Shown here one piece after another: positions 19,071 through 31,577 of a DNA stretch of 64,000 nt. A program made the position numbers and the translations under genes. Under the pieces are notes generated by a model that searched no databases, was not told where the DNA came from, and saw only the letters and a program-made list of their open reading frames with translations. Numbering within the stretch: position 1 is the stretch's first letter; the number at the start of each line of letters is the position of its first letter. Location of the stretch: the NCBI GenBank assembly GCA_044226015.1, contig JBGAHS010000001.1, positions 1,280,001-1,344,000 on the forward strand, in the 5' to 3' direction. This DNA is from Candidatus Obscuribacteraceae bacterium. Its GTDB lineage: Bacteria; Cyanobacteriota; Vampirovibrionia; Obscuribacterales; Obscuribacteraceae.

Positions 19071-19167
19071 TCATTGGTTTGTTGACAATTCTCTTGTTTG
19101 GGAATCGTCGAGCTGAAAAAGAGTTAACTCCGATTCAAAACTGGACGATGCAAATTTTTAAGGCTGG

Positions 19168-19206
19168 AGAGGGTGGTGTCATATAGGCACCACCCTCTGG
19201 GTTTTC
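19168..19206. terminator. Terminator hairpin between convergent genes
   Basis: AGAGGGTGGTGTC-atata-GGCACCACCCTCT, 13-bp stem. Confidence 0.7.
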
Positions 19207-19242
19207 ATGTGAATAGCTGCGATCCAAAATTCGCACTTGCAG

Positions 19243-19932
19243 TTAGTTCTTATCGGGAGTTTTCGCAGGCTGTTTTTCCGAAGCTCCCTCCACTGTGGCT
19301 TCCGGAGTCTTCCCTGCGGTTAGCACACAAGTTTTGAGAAACTGTAAAAACGACTCTTCTGCCTTTGGGAATTCGCTTGCAGGTCCCATGATGAAAAAGA
19401 TCCACATGGCTTTCTGGACTTTACTGGAGACTGCTAAGCCCTTAAATTCCCTATCCTTCATGATGCCAGAGAATCTCTTGCCGTTCTTAGTTTCTTTTCC
19501 AACTGAAATCTTCAAATCCGTTTCAGCATAATTAGTAAACGCTCCCTTCCACGTATCCAGCGTGTTTCTTACCGCTACCAGTTCGAGTTCAGGCTGTGGG
19601 TCTGGAGAGAGATTGTCGTCTGGCAAAATGGTTGCGGTCATGAGGGGACCTTTGCCCGTTGACGAAGGTTTTCCTTCAAAGGCATACATCATTCCTGGTG
19701 AGCCAGGGTTCGGCATCTCACGTAGAGTGCTGCCCGCTGGTGCTGTGAATTCAAAATCATATTGCTTAAAAACTAGCTTTTGACGCTCACTACTCAGTGG
19801 TGTCGGGACTGCTTTCTTGAAAGCCTCCGCTCCATCTTTCTCAACTGCTGCATCTTCTTCCGGCGTAGCTGCGAACGCACTGGGGAGAAGCATGAGCATT
19901 GAAACGAGCAGTGAAGTAAAAGGTTTAGGCAT
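19243..19932 (-). CDS. Exported hypothetical protein (possibly PsbP/DcrB-like fold)
   Basis: Signal peptide ending AFA; FEFTAPAG pattern. Confidence 0.65.
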   Translation of the reverse strand: MPKPFTSLLVSMLMLLPSAFAATPEEDAAVEKDGAEAFKKAVPTPLSSERQKLVFKQYDFEFTAPAGSTLREMPNPGSPGMMYAFEGKPSSTGKGPLMTATILPDDNLSPDPQPELELVAVRNTLDTWKGAFTNYAETDLKISVGKETKNGKRFSGIMKDREFKGLAVSSKVQKAMWIFFIMGPASEFPKAEESFLQFLKTCVLTAGKTPEATVEGASEKQPAKTPDKN

Positions 19933-20242
19933 GATTCACCATGTTTTGCGCTGGAAGTTAGAAGGAGCTTGCTGCTTGCTCTGTAGGTTTTCTTTTGCCG
20001 TAGATCATACACTGCAAAAGGTGTTGGAGGTCCACATCTTGCAGCTTACTGCTGTGCCTCGGCGGAGTTTCTCTTTTGCAACTCATTGAACTTGCAATGG
20101 AGATTCTATGCGAAGATTCAATTGGCTCGACTTGTAAAGTGAACCCTCTCTGAAGTCTCTGTTTACGACTGTGAACTGAAGCAAGCAAATGAAGTTTCCA
20201 ACTGAAAACAAATTCTTGTTGGAAGGCATAATAGTATGTGAT

Positions 20243-20341
20243 GGGGATGGAGCATCGCTGGTGTGGTGCACGGTCTTCAAAATCGTTGTGGGGCAGGTAA
20301 GAGCTGTCCTTGGTAGGTTCGATTCCTACGCGTCCCCGCCA
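20243..20341 (+). tRNA. selC: tRNA-Sec (anticodon TCA)
   Basis: Acceptor GGGGATGG/GCGTCCCC-GCCA; 6-bp D stem CATCGC-TGGT-GTGGTG; ACGGT-CTTCAAA-ATCGT anticodon arm; long variable arm; GTAGG-TTCGATT-CCTAC T arm. Confidence 0.93.
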
Positions 20342-20450
20342 TCTTATTCAACCTTGTTTTGAATCCTCTTGGACAGCCCGACTAGCTTTCGGATAGTGTC
20401 AATGTCGCTGTGCGCCTGACTTCTTCAAGCTGCTTGATTCAAATTTCAAT

Positions 20451-20514
20451 CGATACCGACTAATTCAATTTCGATCTTCAACCGATACCGACTAATTCAA
20501 TTTCGATCTTCAAC
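20451..20514. repeat. Two exact 32-bp tandem copies CGATACCGACTAATTCAATTTCGATCTTCAAC
   Basis: 20451-20482 and 20483-20514; shares its core with the adjacent 107-bp array. Confidence 0.9.
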
Positions 20515-20963
20515 CGATACCGGTTGGGTTTTTGAAAGAGATGGGAAGAACCTGTTGATATCCGGTTGCCAACTGGGCTGTAGCTGCTGCTCCTGACCTC
20601 AATCCGTTTCCGATCTTCAACCGATACCGGTTGGGTTTTTGAAAGAGATGAGAAGAACCTGTTGATATCCGGTTGTCAATTAGAGCTTTGGCTGCTGCTC
20701 CTGACCTCAATCCGTTTCCGATCTTCAACCGATACCGGTTGGTTTTTTGAAAGAGATGGGAAGAACTTGTTGATATCTGGTTGCCAACTGGGGCTCTAGC
20801 TGTTGCTTTTGACCTCAATGCGTTTTCGATCTTCAACCGATACCGGTTGGGTTTTTGAAAGAGATGGGAAGAACCTGTTGATATCTTGTTGCCAACAGGC
20901 TGCGCCTCGTGCGTTTGGTCAAAATTCGTTTTCGATCTTCAAGCGATACCGCTTGCGTTTTTT
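20502..20963. repeat. 106-108-bp tandem repeat array (4 full units + 1 partial) with a conserved hairpin CAACCG-ATAC-CGGTTG followed by a T tract
   Basis: Units start at 20502, 20609, 20717, 20825, 20931. Confidence 0.93.
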
Positions 20964-21317
20964 ATGAGGAAACTCCACCTTGTTCATTCTATGAAGTGCG
21001 AAACGGCGCGAGCTAATCCTACAGACAGTCGACAGCTGCCTTTGACATCGCGGTATTGGTGAAGCGCCGCTCAGGAAGCTAGAGTCAATACGTTAAGACT
21101 ATAAAGCTGTGTGAGCGGATTTTAAGCGAAAAGCTGCCTAGTAATAATGCGGTTTTGCGAACGATTATTAAAATTTCATGCTGCGATGCGGCAATATTGC
21201 CCCCAATATCTGAAGATTTGATTATTGACAATAGTTTGAAGTGATACGATAGACAACCATTCTTTAAATATAGAATGAGCTCACTTGCAGGCAAGAAGCA
21301 TATTTTCGAGGTAGTCA

Positions 21318-24300
21318 ATGGCTCTACAAGTTCCTGACCGCGTCAGTCTTTACGGCGTTGGTAATTCACGCTTTGCCAACCTTCCCGATCTCGCGGAAAT
21401 TCAGAAGGCGTCCTTTCAATGGTTCAAAAACGAAGGTCTAGGCGAAGAACTTCGTGCGTTCAGTCCAATCAAGGACTACACAGGAAGGCTTGAATTGCAC
21501 TTCTTGTCTAGTTACACCTTCGAGGACCACACGGAACCGAATAAGCCCAAGACGCCAGAGGAAGCTCGCGCATTAGACGCAAGCTATACGAAGAAGCTTC
21601 GCATCCAGATGCGTCTGGTTAACCGTGAACTCGGCGAAATCAAAGAGCAAGAAATTTATGTCGGTGATATTCCAATCATGACCGACCGCGGTACCTTCAT
21701 CATCAACGGTGCAGAGCGCGTTATCGTTTCGCAGATTGTTAGAAGCCCAGGCATCTACTACAAGCGCGAAGTTGACACCAACGGTAAACGTACTTTCAGT
21801 GCAACCTTGATTCCAAACCGTGGAGCATGGTTGAAGTTTGAAACTGACGTTAACGACGTTATTTACGTCAAAATCGACAAGAACCGTAAACTTCTTGCGA
21901 CAACTTTGATTCGCGCTCTTGGTTACAGCGATCTTGAAATGGAAACTTTGTTCCGCCACAAAGACTTCCTCAAGAAGACGCTTGATAAAGACACAACCAA
22001 GACTCGTGAAGAAGCATTGATCGAAGTCTACCGTAAGCTACGTCCTGGCGACCCGCCGTCAGTAGCCGGTGGACAATCTATTCTTGAAAGCAGATTCTTC
22101 GATGACAAGAGATACGACCTCGGCAAAGTTGGTCGCTATAAATTGAATAAGAAGTTGGCGTTGTCAGTTCCAGAAGCCAAGAGAACTCTGGGGCGTGAAG
22201 ATATCGTCGCTGCTGTTGACTACTTAATCGCATTGCACTACGACGAAGGTCAAGTTGATGACATCGACCACCTCGGAAATCGTCGTATTAGATCAGTAGG
22301 CGAATTGCTTCAAAACCAATTCCGCATCGGTCTATCTCGTTTGGAAAGAATCGTCAAAGAAAGAATGACATTGCAAGATGCAGATTCTTTGACACCGGCG
22401 AACTTGCTCAACACCAAGCCATTGGTTGCAGCGATTCGTGAATTCTTCGGTTCATCTCAGTTGTCTCAGTTCATGGACCAGACAAATCCTCTGGCAGAAT
22501 TGACGCACAAAAGAAGAATCTCCGCATTGGGTCCTGGTGGTTTGTCGAGAGAACGTGCTGGATTCGCCGTCCGCGACATTCACCCAAGCCACTACGGAAG
22601 AATTTGTCCGGTAGAAACTCCTGAAGGACCTAACGCAGGTCTTATCGGTTCGCTCGCTACACACGCTCGTGTAAATGAGTACGGATTCATTGAAACTCCA
22701 TATCACCAGGTCAAGAACGGTAATTTGACTCAAGAAGTTGTTTACCTGACCGCTGATGAAGAGGATCGCTACCGTGTTGCTCCTGGTGACGTGCCAGTAG
22801 ACGATAAAGGTAACTTCCTTATCGAAATGATTCCGGTTCGTTATAAAGCGGACTTCTTAACTACACATCCAGAACAAGTTGACTATGTTGGCGTAAGCCC
22901 AATTCAGATCATAAGTGTCGGAACCGCACTCATTCCTTTTATAGAACATGACGATGCTAACCGCGCACTGATGGGATCAAACATGCAACGTCAGGCTGTA
23001 CCACTGGTGCAGACTGAGCGCGCCTTGGTCACAACCGGAATTGAGAAGCACGCAGCGCGCGACTCAGGGATGGTTGTTTTGTCTGATGTCGAAGGTAAGG
23101 TCGAATACATTTCGGCTACCGAAATTCGCATTCGTACAAAAGATCGTCTGGCTAAGTACAAACTGGCTAAGTTCCAGCGTTCTAACCAGGACACTTGCTT
23201 GAACCAGCGTCCGCTAGTCAGACCTGGCGACGATGTTAAACCTGGTCAGATTATCGCTGACGGTGCTGCCACCAATGGTGGTGAACTTGCTGTAGGCCGT
23301 AACTTGCTTGTGGCGTTCATGCCATGGGAAGGCTACAACTTTGAGGATGCTATCCTCATCAGCCAGCGCCTTGTATATGACGATGTGATGACATCGATTC
23401 ACATTGAAAAATTGGAAATCGATGCTCGTTCGACCAAGTTGGGTCCTGAAGAAATCACTCGTGAAGTTCCAAACGTGTCTGAAGAATCGCTGCGTCACCT
23501 CGACGAAAGCGGCATCGTACGCGTAGGCTCACGTGTTTATCCAGATGACATTCTGGTCGGTAAGATTACTCCTAAAGGTGAATCTGAGCATCCGCCAGAA
23601 GAAAAATTGCTTCGCGCAATCTTCGGTGAAAAAGCACGTGACGTTCGCGACAACTCACTTCGTGTTCCACACGGTGAAGGCGGACGCGTCGTTGACGTTA
23701 AAGTATTCGATCGTGAAAAAGGCGACGAATTGCCACCAGTCGCTAACAAGGTTGTACGTGTCTACATCGCGCAGAAGCGTAAGATCTCTGTTGGAGACAA
23801 GGTTGCAGGACGCCACGGCAACAAGGGTATCGTAGCGAAGATTCTTCCAGTCGAAGATATGCCGTTCTGTCCAGATGGAACGCCAGTCGACATCGTGTTG
23901 AATCCACTGGGCGTACCTAGCCGTATGAACGTCGGACAAACATATGAAACCTTGCTGGGTCTTGCAGCCTACCTGACAGGACACAGATATGAAGTGCCAC
24001 CATTCGATGAAATGTTTGAACCAGAAGCATCCAATGCTCTTGTTCACCGTGAGATTCAGAGTGGCAAAGATGACTCCGGTTGGGAATGGGTTGGAAACGA
24101 CGGAAAGATCAAGATGTCCGATGGACGTACTGGTGATTTCTTCGACAACGCAGTTACCGTTGGAAAAATCTACATGATGAAACTCGTTCACCTTGTGGAC
24201 GACAAGATTCACGCACGTTCAACTGGACCGTACTCACTTGTTACCCAGCAGCCGTTGGGCGGTAAGGCGCAGTTCGGTGGACAGCGTCTGGGAGAGATGG

Positions 24301-24836
24301 AGTGTTGGGCACTCGAAGCGTTCGGCGCAGCATATTCATTGCAAGAAATGCTCACCATCAAGTCAGACGATGTGAACGGTCGTTCGAAAGCTTACGAAGC
24401 AATCGTTAAGGGCGAAAACTTGAAGAGACCAGGTATTCCTGAGTCATTCAAAGTTCTCGTACGAGAATTGCAATCGATCGGACTCGACGTATCTGTCGCG
24501 AAGAGAACCAAGGAAGGTGAGGTTGAAGTCGACCTCATGGCTGAGGTTGAAGAACCGAAACAACGCGGTCATAAGCGTGTTGGCGGCTTCGACATCGGAC
24601 TCGAAACTGCAATCGGTGAACTCACCGGTGGTGGTGGCGGTGTCTCCGCTGCGGTTGCTCTGAGCGAACGTGATGATATGCATGAAGATGAGGGTGACGT
24701 TGCTGACTCTGATACAGAGACGGAGACTGAAACCACTACCGCAAGAGACACAGTTGATTCTGCGGAATCAGTTGACTCTGACGAGTTCATGGACGATGCA
24801 GCCATCGACGATGAAGAGCCAAACATGGACATCTAG
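21318..24836 (+). CDS. rpoB: DNA-directed RNA polymerase subunit beta
   Basis: [57 protein letters not shown]. Confidence 0.99.
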   Translation: MALQVPDRVSLYGVGNSRFANLPDLAEIQKASFQWFKNEGLGEELRAFSPIKDYTGRLELHFLSSYTFEDHTEPNKPKTPEEARALDASYTKKLRIQMRLVNRELGEIKEQEIYVGDIPIMTDRGTFIINGAERVIVSQIVRSPGIYYKREVDTNGKRTFSATLIPNRGAWLKFETDVNDVIYVKIDKNRKLLATTLIRALGYSDLEMETLFRHKDFLKKTLDKDTTKTREEALIEVYRKLRPGDPPSVAGGQSILESRFFDDKRYDLGKVGRYKLNKKLALSVPEAKRTLGREDIVAAVDYLIALHYDEGQVDDIDHLGNRRIRSVGELLQNQFRIGLSRLERIVKERMTLQDADSLTPANLLNTKPLVAAIREFFGSSQLSQFMDQTNPLAELTHKRRISALGPGGLSRERAGFAVRDIHPSHYGRICPVETPEGPNAGLIGSLATHARVNEYGFIETPYHQVKNGNLTQEVVYLTADEEDRYRVAPGDVPVDDKGNFLIEMIPVRYKADFLTTHPEQVDYVGVSPIQIISVGTALIPFIEHDDANRALMGSNMQRQAVPLVQTERALVTTGIEKHAARDSGMVVLSDVEGKVEYISATEIRIRTKDRLAKYKLAKFQRSNQDTCLNQRPLVRPGDDVKPGQIIADGAATNGGELAVGRNLLVAFMPWEGYNFEDAILISQRLVYDDVMTSIHIEKLEIDARSTKLGPEEITREVPNVSEESLRHLDESGIVRVGSRVYPDDILVGKITPKGESEHPPEEKLLRAIFGEKARDVRDNSLRVPHGEGGRVVDVKVFDREKGDELPPVANKVVRVYIAQKRKISVGDKVAGRHGNKGIVAKILPVEDMPFCPDGTPVDIVLNPLGVPSRMNVGQTYETLLGLAAYLTGHRYEVPPFDEMFEPEASNALVHREIQSGKDDSGWEWVGNDGKIKMSDGRTGDFFDNAVTVGKIYMMKLVHLVDDKIHARSTGPYSLVTQQPLGGKAQFGGQRLGEMECWALEAFGAAYSLQEMLTIKSDDVNGRSKAYEAIVKGENLKRPGIPESFKVLVRELQSIGLDVSVAKRTKEGEVEVDLMAEVEEPKQRGHKRVGGFDIGLETAIGELTGGGGGVSAAVALSERDDMHEDEGDVADSDTETETETTTARDTVDSAESVDSDEFMDDAAIDDEEPNMDI

Positions 24837-24853
24837 TCCATTCAAGTTTTAGA

Positions 24854-26779
<1,926 letters not shown>

Positions 26780-26786
26780 GCGTCGA

Positions 26787-26815
26787 AAGGAAGCGGTGAT
26801 GCTCGCCGCTTCCTT
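26787..26815. other. Intergenic stem-loop between rpoC1 and rpoC2
   Basis: AAGGAAGCGGTGA-tgc-TCGCCGCTTCCTT. Confidence 0.55.
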
Positions 26816-26873
26816 CAACTAAGTTTTAATGGCATCGAATCAAACGTAACTTAAGTAAATTACTGAGGAAGCT

Positions 26874-29800
26874 ATGGCCAACGATAAAAAGGTACCTTTC
26901 GAGTTCATCAACACCACAGTCGATAAAAAGCGACTTGGTTCGTTGCTCTCGGAAATTTATGAGAAGTATGGAACATCCATCTCTTCTGAACTCGCTAACA
27001 ATCTGAAAGACCTGGGTTTCAAATTCGCCACCAAAGCTGGCGTTACGATTTCCATCGACGACCTTGATGTTCCCGCGACAAAGCGTGACCTCATCTCGAG
27101 CGCAGAAAGAGAAATCGATGAAGCTCACCGCAGATATGAACGCGGAGAAATTACAGAAGTAGAACGCTACAACAAGGTAATCGACACCTGGTCCGCTACT
27201 ACAGATGCGTTGACCAGAGAAGTAGTCGATAACTTTGACCGTTTGAACCCTGTATACATGATGGCGTTCTCTGGCGCTAGAGGTAACATCTCTCAGGTTC
27301 GTCAGTTGGTTGGTATGCGCGGACTCATGGCTGACTCTCAAGGTCAGATCATCGACTTGCCGATTAAAGCAAACTTCCGCGAAGGCTTGAGCGTTACTGA
27401 GTACATCATCTCCAGTTACGGAGCAAGAAAAGGTCTGGTAGACACAGCGCTTAAGACAGCTGACTCTGGATACCTCACCCGCCGTCTCGTAGACGTTGCT
27501 CAAGACGTAATCATTCGCGACCTCGATTGCGGCACCAAGCGCGGTATCATGATGCGCGCTATCGCAGAAGGCGAAAAGGTATTCGTTAAACTTGAAGAGC
27601 GCCTTCGTGGACGCTTCCTGACAGAAGACCTTGTTGATCCTGAAACAGGCGAACTGATTCATTCACACAAGGTGCTTATTGATCGTGCCTCAGGTGCGAA
27701 GATTGGTAAGACCGGGTTGAAAGAACTGAAGGTTCGTTCTCCATTGCAATGCGAAAGCCAATACGGCGTTTGCCAGAGATGCTACGGACACTCGCTGACC
27801 ACCAATAGACTCGTCGACACCGGCGAAGCTATCGGTATCATCGCAGCGCAATCAATCGGGGAACCCGGAACACAGCTAACCATGAGAACGTTCCACACCG
27901 GCGGCGCGGTTGCTGGCGGCGGTGGTCGTACTCAGGTTAAGGCACCATCTGCAGGTACAGTTTCCTTCAAGATTCAATCTCGTCAACACCGCACCAATTA
28001 CGGTGACGTTGTGGATCAGACAACTCGTGATGGTGTAATTACATTCTCAGGAAAGAAAGAAACATCCTTCAATGTTCCGGTAGGTACATTGTTGTACGTG
28101 AAGAACGGACAGGAAGTTGAAGCTGGTAAGGTTCTAGCTGAATTCGATCCACCAGGTCAGAAGAAAGCCCTCACAGAAAGAGCAACAAAAGATATCACCG
28201 CGAACATCTCAGGTCGTATCAGCTTCCAGGGCTTCCAGGCAGACGAAAAACGCGACCGTCAAGGTAACATCTCCAGAACGGCTAACCGTCCTGGTATCAT
28301 CTGGGTACTTGAAGGTGACGTATACAACTTGCCTTCAGGTTCGCACGTCGTAGTTAAAGACGGTCAGGAAGTGACCGCCGGCGACGTTCTGGCTGAAATC
28401 ACAATCACCACTGAGCACGGCGGGGAAGTTCGCTTCGGTGCTGACATGGAGACCGAGCAAGTTAAGAAGGGCAAGCATACCCTCACCAAACTTGTTAAAG
28501 GTAAGGAAGTAAACGTTGTAATCGCTTCAGTTGGTGCTGCCAACGCTAAGCTCGAAACTTCGAAGCAAGGCGCTTCGTGGAAAGTCGCGAAGAACAAAGA
28601 AGCTTACACCATCAAAGTGGTTAACGAAGAGCAAGTCGAAAACGGCAAAATCATCGCTGAACTCGTTGATGACGGTATCAACAGCGTCACCAGCGGTGGT
28701 GAAATCATTTATGATGGCGTCGAAACTGACGACCGTCGTGTGGTCACAAAAGCCGGTAAAGTTCTCTTCGTTCCTGAAGAAACACACTTCATCTCTAAAG
28801 ACGCAAGCTTGAAGATGAGTGAAACCGGTGAAGTCGTAAGTGCCGGTCAGGAAGTCGTCAAAGACGTATTCGCACACATGGAAGGTGTGATTGAAATCGT
28901 CGCTGATAACGACATCATTCATGAAGTCATCATTCGTCCAGCAGATGTGTTCACTCTCGAAAACATCGATGACCTCAAGGTTCGCGAAGGTGAATTGATT
29001 GAGCCAGGCACAGAAGTGTTGCCTAACGTCAAATTCGAAGACCGTCGCGTAGTTTCCTTGATGGAGAAAGAAGATGGTTCCACCCTGGTTCTTGTAAGAC
29101 CAGTTCAGGAATACTTCATCGAGCCACGCGAAGTGAAGTTCAAAGCCCGCAGCTCTGACGAGAAAATTGGTTTGCGTCCAGTAACACAGTTGCTCTTCCG
29201 TGACCGTGAAAAAGTCAGACATCTGCAAGGCGCTCAGCTGACCAGAACAAGTCTAGTTCTGCAGTTGATGGGTCAACTTCAGCAGCTCAAGGGACTTGTT
29301 GAAATCGGCGAAGAAGATATGAACATCGTTGTTCAAGAAAACATTCTGCTACGTCGTGACAGCGACCTTAACGTCACATTGCTCTCAGTAGTTCCTGGTG
29401 AAATCATTCCAGCTGGTGCACCTGTTGCCACCACGCAGGTACTGACCAAGGACGCTGCTCGTGTGCAGTTGTCCAAGGCTGACGAACGCCGCTTGCTGTT
29501 GATCACTGAAGAACAACAGTTCGTCCAGAAGATCAAGGGCGCTGCCTCGGTCAAGGAAGGAGATCTCGTTCGCGCCGGCGATCCGCTGTCGAAGTCGAGT
29601 GAGTCTGGATTGTCTGGACAGATCGTGAAGATCGAAACTGGCGAAGTCGTTGTTCGTCGTGGTCGCCCATACCTCATCGCTGCTAATACACAATTGCAGT
29701 GCGACGACGGCAATCTGGTACAGCGCGGTGACTTGCTAGCAACTCTGGTTTATGAACGTCAGAAAACCGGAGACATCGTACAGGGTCTTCCAAGGGTTGA

Positions 29801-30545
29801 AGAACTTCTCGAAGCTCGTAAACCGAAAGAAAACGCTGTGCTTGCTGAAAGAGGCGGCAGAGCCAAAGTCGTCACCGAAGACGATCAACATCGCCTTTAT
29901 ATGGTCTACAGCGAAAACATCGAAGAAGAAATCATCATTCCAGCTGGACTCAACATCATCGTTGAAGATGGCGAGGATATCGAGAAGGGCAAATCTCTTA
30001 CTGATGGACCACCGAACCCACACGACATCGTTCGCTTGATGGGCATCGGCGCAGTTCAGAAGTACCTCGTAGATGAAGTTCAGGCGGTTTACCGCTCACA
30101 AGGTGTGGAAATCGCTGACAAACACATCGAAGTAATCGTTCGTCAGATGACCAGAAAAGTTCGTGTTGATGATCCAGGCGATACAATTCTGCTTCCAGGT
30201 GAATTGCTTGAGCGTTACACCGCTGATAAGGAAAACGAAAAAGCAAATCAAGCCGGCATGCGCGCGTCACGATGTGATGATGTTCTGCTCGGTATCACCA
30301 AGGCAAGCTTGAACACCGAATCTTTCATCTCTGCTGCATCCTTCCAGGAAACAACAAGAATTCTCACGGAAGCTGCAGTCGAAGGAAAGAAAGACTGGTT
30401 GCGCGGCTTGAAGGAAAACGTGATCATCGGAAGATTGATTCCAGCTGGAACAGGTTTCCCTGGACACAGCTCGTTGCCTGAAGAAGAAGAGCAAGAAGAG
30501 GAAATCTATCCTCCAATCGGCGAAGGCAGTTTCACAACTCCTTAG
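26874..30545 (+). CDS. rpoC2: RNA polymerase subunit beta' C-terminal part (RpoC2)
   Basis: NPVYMMAFSGARGN, GARKGLVDTALKTADSGYLTRRLVDV, GEPGTQLTMRTFHTGG, ~620-aa SI3, DIVQGLPRVEELLEAR, SFISAASFQETT. Confidence 0.98.
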   Translation: MANDKKVPFEFINTTVDKKRLGSLLSEIYEKYGTSISSELANNLKDLGFKFATKAGVTISIDDLDVPATKRDLISSAEREIDEAHRRYERGEITEVERYNKVIDTWSATTDALTREVVDNFDRLNPVYMMAFSGARGNISQVRQLVGMRGLMADSQGQIIDLPIKANFREGLSVTEYIISSYGARKGLVDTALKTADSGYLTRRLVDVAQDVIIRDLDCGTKRGIMMRAIAEGEKVFVKLEERLRGRFLTEDLVDPETGELIHSHKVLIDRASGAKIGKTGLKELKVRSPLQCESQYGVCQRCYGHSLTTNRLVDTGEAIGIIAAQSIGEPGTQLTMRTFHTGGAVAGGGGRTQVKAPSAGTVSFKIQSRQHRTNYGDVVDQTTRDGVITFSGKKETSFNVPVGTLLYVKNGQEVEAGKVLAEFDPPGQKKALTERATKDITANISGRISFQGFQADEKRDRQGNISRTANRPGIIWVLEGDVYNLPSGSHVVVKDGQEVTAGDVLAEITITTEHGGEVRFGADMETEQVKKGKHTLTKLVKGKEVNVVIASVGAANAKLETSKQGASWKVAKNKEAYTIKVVNEEQVENGKIIAELVDDGINSVTSGGEIIYDGVETDDRRVVTKAGKVLFVPEETHFISKDASLKMSETGEVVSAGQEVVKDVFAHMEGVIEIVADNDIIHEVIIRPADVFTLENIDDLKVREGELIEPGTEVLPNVKFEDRRVVSLMEKEDGSTLVLVRPVQEYFIEPREVKFKARSSDEKIGLRPVTQLLFRDREKVRHLQGAQLTRTSLVLQLMGQLQQLKGLVEIGEEDMNIVVQENILLRRDSDLNVTLLSVVPGEIIPAGAPVATTQVLTKDAARVQLSKADERRLLLITEEQQFVQKIKGAASVKEGDLVRAGDPLSKSSESGLSGQIVKIETGEVVVRRGRPYLIAANTQLQCDDGNLVQRGDLLATLVYERQKTGDIVQGLPRVEELLEARKPKENAVLAERGGRAKVVTEDDQHRLYMVYSENIEEEIIIPAGLNIIVEDGEDIEKGKSLTDGPPNPHDIVRLMGIGAVQKYLVDEVQAVYRSQGVEIADKHIEVIVRQMTRKVRVDDPGDTILLPGELLERYTADKENEKANQAGMRASRCDDVLLGITKASLNTESFISAASFQETTRILTEAAVEGKKDWLRGLKENVIIGRLIPAGTGFPGHSSLPEEEEQEEEIYPPIGEGSFTTP

Positions 30546-30569
30546 TTCTATTCAAGTAAATAGACTTCT

Positions 30570-30601
30570 GAAAGCCCGCTGAAAAGCGGGCTTTCTCATT
30601 T
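30570..30601 (+). terminator. Intrinsic terminator of the rpo operon
   Basis: GAAAGCCCGCT-gaaa-AGCGGGCTTTC followed by a T-rich tail. Confidence 0.8.
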
Positions 30602-30721
30602 CCCCAAGTTTGCTTCTAAGCTTTCCAGATTTAGTTTGCTCTGGGACGATAGACATAGATTTGCCAGAGCGTTTCGTCTATCGCTTCTGCCCAAAATTGA
30701 AGACCTCGAGCGTGCCAAATA

Positions 30722-30940
30722 TCAAATAAGGGATTCCTGAATCTTCATGAGTAGTGTTCGAAGAGGCATATCTAGCATGGTGGCAAGTCTTCGTAGTGTT
30801 ATCTGCGGTGGCATGACTTTTCGAAGCAGAGCTGACCTCAACCTGGCGAAATCATGCGGATTCAGCCCGATTATGAACTCTAAGATGTCCGGATTTTGGT
30901 CTAGGACTGCGCTAAGCCTGGTATCACCGTTCATTTTCAA
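30722..30940 (-). CDS. Small DUF1858-like protein
   Basis: TRLSAVLDQNPDILEFII...F..LR..LLRKVM..QITL..LA pattern. Confidence 0.65.
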   Translation of the reverse strand: MKMNGDTRLSAVLDQNPDILEFIIGLNPHDFARLRSALLRKVMPPQITLRRLATMLDMPLRTLLMKIQESLI

Positions 30941-30949
30941 ATCTCCGTG

Positions 30950-31159
30950 CTATTGAGCTGCTACGTATTCACGCAGGTCGTTTATTAGAGAGTCGAGGTC
31001 ATCAATGTGGCACATGCTGTCGCAAACTGCTAGCTCTGTGTCTAGTATGCTCTCATCACACTCTTGTTCTATGTATACTCCGTGCTTTTCGAATATTTTC
31101 GGGGCGTCTGGAAACGCATCGAGAATGCTTTTCACGGTTGTTTCAATTGTTATGTCCAT
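30950..31159 (-). CDS. Small Cys-containing DUF1858/ScdA_N-like protein
   Basis: ITIETTVKSILDAFPDAPKIFEKHG...C...CDSMCHIDDLDSLINDL; AGGAG RBS. Confidence 0.65.
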   Translation of the reverse strand: MDITIETTVKSILDAFPDAPKIFEKHGVYIEQECDESILDTELAVCDSMCHIDDLDSLINDLREYVAAQ

Positions 31160-31227
31160 GATTTATCACTCCTTTGTTTTGTTGAGCACTGAACTTTGCT
31201 GATGGCTGTTTGAAGCCATGCTCTGCC

Positions 31228-31446
31228 TCATGCAGCTGTTGTAAAAGTAGACGAACTTAAGAACTTTGTTTTCTCGCAGATGGAGTCATATTTCACGCAG
31301 TTGCAGGGCTGAAAAAATGCCTTTTCTGCAGAACATGACGGACAGACCCAAGCTTCAGGCAACTCATCCAGTGAGTTCGAGGATGCTGATGGCCTCGCGG
31401 TTTTGGACTCATGAATGTAATTACACAATGTGCATATGTACCTCAT
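31228..31446 (-). CDS. Rubredoxin-like protein with extra C-terminal cysteines
   Basis: YICTLCNYI...LPEAWVCPSC..EK..F; AAAGGAGG RBS. Confidence 0.85.
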   Translation of the reverse strand: MRYICTLCNYIHESKTARPSASSNSLDELPEAWVCPSCSAEKAFFQPCNCVKYDSICEKTKFLSSSTFTTAA

Positions 31447-31472
31447 GGTAGACCTCCTTTTGAATTAACGAG

Positions 31473-31518
31473 TTATGGACCTATATATCCATAATACACC
31501 GGTTCTGAATTATGTCAA
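31473..31518 (-). promoter_or_regulatory. Sigma70-type promoter of the rubredoxin operon, overlapped by a palindromic operator (candidate Rrf2 site)
   Basis: Minus strand TTGACA (31518-31513), 16 bp, TATTAT (31496-31491); palindrome TTATGGA-N8-TCCATAA at 31473-31494. Confidence 0.7.
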
Positions 31519-31577
31519 TGCCGCAAAGCCTTATTTGATGGTATTCTGTATATAAAGGTAGATTTATTGGTAATTTT

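Noticed and set aside
17303..20341. Genomic island defined by the integrase and selC
   Set aside because: Recombinase looks like housekeeping XerC/D, and I saw no duplicated tRNA 3' end (att site)
20510..20836. 108-aa repeat protein on the minus strand
   Set aside because: By-product of two 108-bp units; frame breaks in the 107- and 106-bp units
20451..20963. CRISPR array
   Set aside because: Units are ~107 bp with homologous rather than unique spacers; no cas genes in the window
31228..31230. Selenocysteine read-through of the rubredoxin TGA
   Set aside because: TGA is not at a Cys-aligned position and no SECIS-like hairpin is evident
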